31,723 nucleotides of DNA. Source: an uncultured Thermomicrobiales bacterium (GTDB lineage Bacteria > Chloroflexota > Chloroflexia > Thermomicrobiales > UBA6265). Location of the stretch: the NCBI GenBank assembly GCA_902806365.1, contig CADCWJ010000488.1:1-31723 (forward strand), in the 5' to 3' direction. The notes beneath the pieces are model-generated. The model was not told where the DNA came from and did no database searches. It worked only from the letters and a program-made list of their open reading frames with translations. The translations under genes and the position numbers were made by a program. Shown here piece by piece: positions 25,663 to 31,723 of this stretch. Each line of letters opens with the position of its first letter. Position 1 is the first letter of the stretch.

Positions 25663-27189
25663 ATGTCCGACAACCCCGCGCGCCTTAACCTGTTGACCTA
25701 CCTGCCGCGCAGCTCAACCCCGGCGGGAGCCACCCCGGATACCCGGCCGGCGACCGTATCCGACCCTCCAAAATCGGTGGACGAGGCACTCTGGCTGGTG
25801 CTCGCGGCTCATGTCACCGGGCTCCGGCGCTCCGGAGTTCTGGAGGACGCGGCGCTGCTGATGATCGCGCGAGCCCTCGACATGGCGAGTGCGGCGACCT
25901 CCGGCGATGACGGCCTTCCCTGGCGTCGCGCCACCGCGCTCGACGAGCGCGTCGAGGCGTTCCTGCCTGACTCCCTCTCGGGGGCGGCGACACTGGGCCT
26001 GGCCCGGGAGGAATGGCTGGCGACGGTCGTGCGCGTCCTGCTCCGGGACGCATCGCTCGCCATCCTGAGCGAGGTCGCCGAAATCAGCGCGATTGCCCTG
26101 ACTCTCGCCGACGCGCACACGCTGACCGTGATGTCGGCGTTCACCGGTGGCAGGCCTGCCCAGCCAACGACCCTAGGGCACTATCTTGGCGGGCTGCTCA
26201 GCCCACTCCGGACGACGAGGCGGCGGATGACCGACGCCTTCTCGGCCCTCAACCGGAGTCCACTCGGTGCGGGCGTGCTGGCCGGCGACGTGATTGCCGC
26301 CGATCGGGAGGATCTGGCCGATCGGCTCGGTTTCCTGGCCCCGGTGCCGAACACACTTGATGCCCTGATGGGCGTCGAAGATATCGTTGCATCCGTCGAG
26401 ACCGTGATCGCGGCGCTGGCCACGATCCATCGGCTGGTGCGCGACATGCTCGTCTGGATCCGCACCGACCCGACGAGCTTCGTGTTGGACGAGGGCTGGT
26501 TCTCGCTGCCCGAGCCTGCGCTGCCGACGCTTGTGCGATCGGAGCGGCTCGAATTGCTCGACAGCAGTCTGGCGCAGTCGGTCGCGGGTCTTTCCAGTGT
26601 CGTCCTGCGATTGCGCGCCGTACCGTACGGACCGTTGGGGGCGGCCATTGCTGTCCCGTTCGCACTCACCCAAACCCTGCGGCAGGAAGTGATGCCCCTC
26701 CTGGCCGAAAGCGGAGCATTCATTCGCGAGGGCCTGATCGTCAACCGCGCCTACCTGGGGAACCGTGCCGGTCGCGGCTACACCACGGCCGGCGACCTGG
26801 CGGCATTTCTGATGACCGAGGAGCAGGTGCCGCCCGCCCCGGCGCGCCGCATTGCCGTGCTCGTCCTCAGCCAGCTCCAGAAGGCCGGGCTGGAGGTGAG
26901 CGGGATCACGCAGGACATGATCGACACCGCCGCGCTGTTGACGATCGGCCGGGAGATCAAGGTCGAGATCGAACCGCTGGGACGATTCCTCGCGCCCCGC
27001 CGCTTTCTGGAGCGTCGGGAGGTGACCGGCTCTCCAGCGCCAGCGATGACGCGGGCATGGCTGGCCGACGAACGGTCCGCGCTCGAACAGGATCGAGCGT
27101 GGATGGATGAGACGACCGCCCGGATTTCCACCAGAACCGCCACACTTTCCAGTGCAATCGCGGACGCTGCCTCGCAGGACCAGGACTGA
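25663..27189 (+). CDS. Argininosuccinate lyase-like protein (fumarase/lyase fold) with degenerate catalytic motifs, 508 aa
   Basis: Colinear with ArgH in scaffold positions (AQPTTLGH, LNRSPLGAGVLAG, DRE.LADRLGF, N.LDA, GYTTAGDLAAFL, RREVTGSPAP), but SRND, THLQ and SSxMPQKKNP are all replaced. Confidence 0.8.
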   Translation: MSDNPARLNLLTYLPRSSTPAGATPDTRPATVSDPPKSVDEALWLVLAAHVTGLRRSGVLEDAALLMIARALDMASAATSGDDGLPWRRATALDERVEAFLPDSLSGAATLGLAREEWLATVVRVLLRDASLAILSEVAEISAIALTLADAHTLTVMSAFTGGRPAQPTTLGHYLGGLLSPLRTTRRRMTDAFSALNRSPLGAGVLAGDVIAADREDLADRLGFLAPVPNTLDALMGVEDIVASVETVIAALATIHRLVRDMLVWIRTDPTSFVLDEGWFSLPEPALPTLVRSERLELLDSSLAQSVAGLSSVVLRLRAVPYGPLGAAIAVPFALTQTLRQEVMPLLAESGAFIREGLIVNRAYLGNRAGRGYTTAGDLAAFLMTEEQVPPAPARRIAVLVLSQLQKAGLEVSGITQDMIDTAALLTIGREIKVEIEPLGRFLAPRRFLERREVTGSPAPAMTRAWLADERSALEQDRAWMDETTARISTRTATLSSAIADAASQDQD

Positions 27190-27207
27190 TCCCGACGATC
27201 GCGATGC

Positions 27208-28083
27208 TCAGACGCCGTCCCGGAGCCTCGCGAGCACCATCAGGGCCGATGCGGTGATACTCGGTCGCCAGGCGTCATCGTAGGTCGAGGGCCAACCGCC
27301 GTCTGCCACCACTTCATCCAGCAAGCGGTCCGCCTGCCGCGAGAGTGTCCCTTCCGGGATGCGTTGAACGAGGTCGGGGCCACCACCCAGCGCGAGATCG
27401 AAGAAGTGCCCGGCGTCGGCGAACCGGTCGCCCTCCGCATGCTCGCTCACATGCCGGCCAACGGCATCCAGCCAGGTGGCCCGGTCAGGAACATCATCGA
27501 CGCCACCGAGGTATTCGACGTACGGCAGGAGGGTGTAGAAATCGCCGCTCGCCACATCGTCCAGCGATGCCTTCGCGGCGAACAGCCGCGCCACCCGCTC
27601 CCGCATCTCCGAAGTGGCGATGCCGAGCCGGTTTGCGTGCCCGGCCAGGCAGCAGGATGGATTGAGGCTGGGGAAGGTCCACGCCGCAAACCAGGGCGGC
27701 AATTCACCGGCGTAGACCGCGTCCGAAAAGTGCCAATCACCATCGGGGGCCTGATTGTCCTTGAGCCAGGCGTCAAGGCGGTCGACCATCGGAGAATCCG
27801 GACGATCCCGCAGCGAGAGCATGCTCGCCATCGCCAGGCGCGCCGCAAACGGATTGCTCGCGGGCGCCTTGATGTCCACTTCGAGACCGCGGCCAAAGCC
27901 ACCGTCCTCGTTCTGGTACGTCGAGAGTTCAGCCAGCACGTCGCTCGCGGGGCCGTCGTACCAGTGGTATCGCACAAGTGCCATCCCGAGTGGGAATTGC
28001 CGCTCGTGCAGGAATTCGAGGGCAGGATCGACCAGGGAACGTGCGCGAGTTGCTTGCCGGGTACTTAACTGGAAATGGGTCAT
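27208..28083 (-). CDS. Conserved hypothetical protein, prenyltransferase/squalene-cyclase-like (alpha/alpha)-toroid repeats
   Basis: QW-like repeats YQNEDGGFG, NQAPDGDW and VADGGWP. GGAGAGG Shine-Dalgarno. Confidence 0.6.
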   Translation of the reverse strand: MTHFQLSTRQATRARSLVDPALEFLHERQFPLGMALVRYHWYDGPASDVLAELSTYQNEDGGFGRGLEVDIKAPASNPFAARLAMASMLSLRDRPDSPMVDRLDAWLKDNQAPDGDWHFSDAVYAGELPPWFAAWTFPSLNPSCCLAGHANRLGIATSEMRERVARLFAAKASLDDVASGDFYTLLPYVEYLGGVDDVPDRATWLDAVGRHVSEHAEGDRFADAGHFFDLALGGGPDLVQRIPEGTLSRQADRLLDEVVADGGWPSTYDDAWRPSITASALMVLARLRDGV

Positions 28084-28140
28084 GGTCCTCTCCGTTCATG
28101 GCGATTAACCAACAATGGAGTGGCTGCAATGTGCCCTGGT

Positions 28141-28527
28141 TCAATCGAGGGGCTCCGTCCATCGCGACCGCCACGCCGGGGCGGTGTAGCGGTCGGGCCA
28201 GTACTCGACCAGCATCTGGATCAGCCCCACGCGGATCGTGAAGAAGGAAATCGCCGTGACCGCCGTTGTGTCATCGAACACGCTGGCGACGGTCACCACC
28301 GTTTCGCCCTGGGTGACGAGGCGGGTGATCGTGGCGCGCCAGGTCCCGGGGTAGTGCTCGTTGACCAATCGCCAGGCATCGATCGTGGCCATCCGCTCAT
28401 TCGAAAGTGGCCATTCGACGACCGCCGATTCCGCGCAGAGTTGGGCCGCGCCCGCAAAATCACCCCGATCAACAGCGTTCCACCACGCCCTCGCGACCGC
28501 CTCGGATGTCGCAGCCTCCCCAGTCAA
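28141..28527 (-). CDS. SnoaL/NTF2-like small protein, 128 aa
   Basis: ARAWWNAVDRGDF...VVEWPLSNER...EHYPGTW...AISFFT...LVEYWP. TTG at 28527 follows AGGAGG. Confidence 0.8.
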   Translation of the reverse strand: MTGEAATSEAVARAWWNAVDRGDFAGAAQLCAESAVVEWPLSNERMATIDAWRLVNEHYPGTWRATITRLVTQGETVVTVASVFDDTTAVTAISFFTIRVGLIQMLVEYWPDRYTAPAWRSRWTEPLD

Positions 28528-28575
28528 TGACGCCTCCTGACACGTCGGCAACGAGGACGATCAGCCATCACTGCC

Positions 28576-28611
28576 AACGTACAGGGCGAACGGTGACATC
28601 TGCCTGTCACC
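28576..28611 (-). promoter_or_regulatory. Candidate WYL-regulator operator plus -10 for the SnoaL operon
   Basis: The minus strand reads GGTGACA-GGCAGA-TGTCACC (perfect 7-bp inverted repeat, 28592-28611), then 10 nt, then TACGTT (28576-28581). Confidence 0.55.
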
Positions 28612-29560
28612 ATTCGGCGACGGGTTTCTGGTGATGCTGGAGAAGCTCGGCCAAATGAGCCGCGGTCCAATCACGCCGCGCCTCGGCAGCGTGAATCATG
28701 ACGTCGGTTCCGAACCGCAGAAGCTCACGGCCAAAGTACGGAAGTTCGTCCGGAGGGCACCGGAAACGGAGGGTAGGACCGGCAGGTGTCTGGATCACCG
28801 ACGTGCGCAAGTCCGGGTGATCGAGAGCCCACGCCAGACCCCGGTCGGTCAGGGAGGCTCGCACTTCCGGATGTCTGAGATCCCCATACTCCCGGAGTCC
28901 GGTGGCTACGTGCGTCATGATCGCGTCCGCGTCGGTGGGCGGCACCGCCGATTGGACCGCCGCGATCCGGTCGATCCGGAAGCTTCGGATTGCCTTCCGC
29001 AACGAGTCGATCGCTTCGACGTACCACCGCCCCGCCGCCGTCGATACCGCGATTGGCAGGACGACGCGATGTGTCTGGCCATCGGGGCTCCGATAGTCGA
29101 TCCTGCGCCAGGTGCCATCCGAAGCCGCCGCACGAACCGACGCGAGCACGGCGGCGTCGGGAACGGAGTGATCCCTGCTGACGCGCAGCGAGGCGAGATT
29201 CCTGGCAGCGTCGATGCGGACATTCGGAGTCAGCGCGGCGTGGAGCTTGTCGACCACGGAACGGTGGGCAACTCCGAGCGGCGAGGTGGCTGCTTCTCCA
29301 ACCGTATCGAGGGCGAAGAGCAGGGTGGTCGCCTCGTCGGCGGAGAGATGGAGGGGCGGGAGCCAGAAACCATCGGCAATCCGATAGCCGCCGAGTCGCC
29401 CGGCAAGGGCCATGACCGGCACGCCGAGTTCACCAAGCGCGTCGATGTCGCGCATGATCGTGCGTCGCGAGACCTCGAAGCGCTGGGCGAGCTGGCTCGC
29501 GGAGCGAGTACCCCCCTGGAGCGCGATCAGGATCCCGGTCAGGCGCTCGGTCCGGTTCAT
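28607..29560 (-). CDS. WYL-domain transcriptional regulator (HTH_11-WYL-WCX, YafY/PafB-C-like), 317 aa
   Basis: MNRTERL..IL..LQ...SASQLAQRFEVSRRTIMRDIDAL, GGYRI, LPPLHLS.DEA, GRWYVEA...RSFRIDRI and a WCX-like ELLRFG. Confidence 0.93.
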   Translation of the reverse strand: MNRTERLTGILIALQGGTRSASQLAQRFEVSRRTIMRDIDALGELGVPVMALAGRLGGYRIADGFWLPPLHLSADEATTLLFALDTVGEAATSPLGVAHRSVVDKLHAALTPNVRIDAARNLASLRVSRDHSVPDAAVLASVRAAASDGTWRRIDYRSPDGQTHRVVLPIAVSTAAGRWYVEAIDSLRKAIRSFRIDRIAAVQSAVPPTDADAIMTHVATGLREYGDLRHPEVRASLTDRGLAWALDHPDLRTSVIQTPAGPTLRFRCPPDELPYFGRELLRFGTDVMIHAAEARRDWTAAHLAELLQHHQKPVAEW

Positions 29561-29590
29561 GAGCGTGCCTCGAACCGGCTAGCCGGCCGG

Positions 29591-31723
29591 TTACGTGATC
29601 GCGGCGGCGGCATCAGCCAGGGTGTCATCGTCGATATCGTCAGGTTCCGGATCGTCGTCGGACTCCGTCGCGTCCGCGATCGGCGTGAATCCCAGGCTCA
29701 GCGATTGTTCGACGATCCCCCGTCGAAGGCGCTTTTCGGCGGTCGCCAGCGTCTGGCGCAAGGGGTGGTCGGGCTGGACACCAGCCAGCATTTCGCGGAC
29801 CTGGCGCATCAGGTCGATCGTCTTGTTGAAGGTGATCACCAGGTCACCCTCCGAGAGCTCAAGGTGCTCGCCGATCTTGGCCATCGACCAGCCGCGCGAC
29901 CAGTGCAGCGCGGCGCCATAGAAGTTGGTGTTGTGACCCTCCGAGATGAAAAGGTTGAGATCGCGTTCCTCGGCGAGCACATCGTGCTCCAGGGCTTCGA
30001 GCCGTCGCCGGGCGAGGATCAGCCGGTCCGGAAGGGTGAAGTGGTTGATGCCCCGGTACTCGCGATCGAAGCTGTACCAGGAAAAAAGCTCGGCCAGCTC
30101 ATCGGGTTCCAGGTGATCGAGCGTCCCGCGGTCGACCAGCTCGCAGAGGATCAGGCCGTCGGTATCGAAGATATCGGCAAGCATGTCGGCTTTCGCTGTT
30201 GGGTAGCCCTGGCGTAGATATCCGAACCGGTGAAGGACATCCCGGATTCCCCGGATCACGCTACGAATCCGGAGATCCTCGGCATCGATCTCCCGATCGA
30301 GCACTTCGGCTAGCGCATTCCGCTCCTTGTGAAGTGCGTCGCGCCGTGCCAGGAACGTCTGATGGTCCTTCCGGCGGCGGCTGTCCGCGAACGGGTGCGC
30401 GTTCCGCAAGTCCACGATCGTCCCGATCTCCGCCAGTTGGTCAGACTCGGCCTCCACAAGGTCCTGGACTTTGGCCGCCAACCGGGCCTTTTCACGGCTC
30501 CGGTGCGCGCGCGCGAGCTCGTCCAGATCCGGCAGGTCAAGCGTCTCCAGCGATGCGAGGAGCGCATCCAGCGCGCCTCGGCCGATCAAGGAGGCGGGGT
30601 CTGCGGCCGGGTCGGCCGGCTCGATAAGGGCACTCGGGAGATCGATGACAACATCGTCGGGGATGAAGTCGATGAGCCGGTACTCGGTTACCAGATGAAT
30701 CCTTGCGTCGCTCGCCGCCAGGACCAGTCCCACACCGCCCTGGGCACCGCGTCCCAGGAAGATGCACCATCCAAGCTCCCGAACGTGGATCACGGCGCCG
30801 GAAGGTGCCGACCGGAACAGACGGCGCAGGGCTTGACGTCCCGGTTCGGTCCAGGGGGTTGACGACGTGGACGCCAGCCGGGCGGCGGCAAGATCCTGCT
30901 GGATCCGGCGGAGATCGTGCTGGGCGGTTTGGAGCCGGCGATCGATGCTCCGGAACTCCTCGAAGGAATCGTCGAGCCGGCTGATCTCTTCCCGGCGTCC
31001 AGCGGTGAGGCCGGCAAGCTCGGCCTCGATCTCCACGATGTCGGCTTCGATGATCCGGATGTGCTGCCCGGTCTGGTACTGGGCGAGACTTCGCCGCAGC
31101 ATCTGCCGAACTCGGTCCCCTTCCGGCGGATCCCACAGGTTGAGCACGGTGTTGTAGCGGATCGCGAAGGCGGACTGAACGGGATGCAGCTCTCCGGTGG
31201 CGACCGCCAGCATGTCGCGGAACGGGATCATTGGCGAGTACGGCATCACGACGTGGCCGAACTGGTCCATACCGCGGCGGCCCGCGCGCCCGGCCATCTG
31301 CTGGAACTCGTTCGGGATCAGGGTCCGCCGCCGCCGCCCATCCCATTTCGTCATCCGCCCGATCACGACGGTTCGCGCGGGCATGTTGACCCCAAGCGCG
31401 AGCGTGTCGGTTGCGAACACCACCTGCATCAGGCCCCGGACGAACAGCACCTCGACAAGCTGCTTCAGGATTGGCAGGAGTCCGGCATGGTGAAAACCGA
31501 TCCCGGTCCGGGCAAGGCGGCAGACGACCTCGACCTGGTCGAGCGCACGATCCTCGGGCCGCATGACGCCCAGATACGTCTGCAGGATGTGCTCGATGTG
31601 GTCATGCTGATCCGGCGACACCAGCTTCGGGCGCATCATGGCGAGCTGCTCGGCGTAGGACCGGCAATCGTTGCGGCTGAACAGGAAGTAGATGGCCGGC
31701 AGGAGGTCATCCTTCGCCAGCGC
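29591..31723 (-). CDS. Ski2-like DEAD/DEAH helicase (HelY-like), 3' part; the start lies beyond the right edge
   Basis: The frame is open to 31723 (ALAKDDLLPAIYFLFSRNDC). GIGFHHAGLLP, VFATDTLALGVNMPARTVV, QMAGRAGRRG and a DSHCT-like C-terminus (EGDLV..F.KTIDL..Q). Confidence 0.92.
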   Translation of the reverse strand, partial: ALAKDDLLPAIYFLFSRNDCRSYAEQLAMMRPKLVSPDQHDHIEHILQTYLGVMRPEDRALDQVEVVCRLARTGIGFHHAGLLPILKQLVEVLFVRGLMQVVFATDTLALGVNMPARTVVIGRMTKWDGRRRRTLIPNEFQQMAGRAGRRGMDQFGHVVMPYSPMIPFRDMLAVATGELHPVQSAFAIRYNTVLNLWDPPEGDRVRQMLRRSLAQYQTGQHIRIIEADIVEIEAELAGLTAGRREEISRLDDSFEEFRSIDRRLQTAQHDLRRIQQDLAAARLASTSSTPWTEPGRQALRRLFRSAPSGAVIHVRELGWCIFLGRGAQGGVGLVLAASDARIHLVTEYRLIDFIPDDVVIDLPSALIEPADPAADPASLIGRGALDALLASLETLDLPDLDELARAHRSREKARLAAKVQDLVEAESDQLAEIGTIVDLRNAHPFADSRRRKDHQTFLARRDALHKERNALAEVLDREIDAEDLRIRSVIRGIRDVLHRFGYLRQGYPTAKADMLADIFDTDGLILCELVDRGTLDHLEPDELAELFSWYSFDREYRGINHFTLPDRLILARRRLEALEHDVLAEERDLNLFISEGHNTNFYGAALHWSRGWSMAKIGEHLELSEGDLVITFNKTIDLMRQVREMLAGVQPDHPLRQTLATAEKRLRRGIVEQSLSLGFTPIADATESDDDPEPDDIDDDTLADAAAAIT

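Noticed and set aside
29575-29586. 12-bp palindrome CCGGCTAGCCGG between the helicase and WYL genes
   Set aside because: It is GC-rich with no loop or U-tract and sits in a 30-nt gap consistent with read-through.

Overview
High-GC bacterial chromosomal window of housekeeping character. No mobile element, CRISPR array, rRNA or tRNA was seen. Gene content and Ala/Ser/Pro-rich export tails suggest Chloroflexota, probably Thermomicrobiales (inference). Left to right: a partial TPP enzyme, a PIG-V-like GT-C glycosyltransferase, an SDR, then a four-gene minus-strand operon nurA-herA-mre11/sbcD-rad50/sbcC with 4-nt stop/start overlaps at every junction (the archaeal DNA end-resection gene set, here in a bacterium). 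A 479-bp structured divergent region follows, holding a LexA-like box and an Arg-rich leader ORF. Next come argH, treY-treZ, an orphan form-II CoxL-like molybdoenzyme subunit, a NarL-type regulator with a degenerate receiver, a BMP-type nucleoside ABC transporter, a second argH-like gene lacking all three catalytic regions, an (alpha/alpha)-toroid plus SnoaL pair behind a WYL regulator with a palindromic candidate operator, and a partial Ski2/HelY-like helicase. The strongest leads are the repair operon and its control region, the ArgH pseudoenzyme, the putative Arg leader peptide and the WYL operator module. All motif calls were made by eye; no searches were run.
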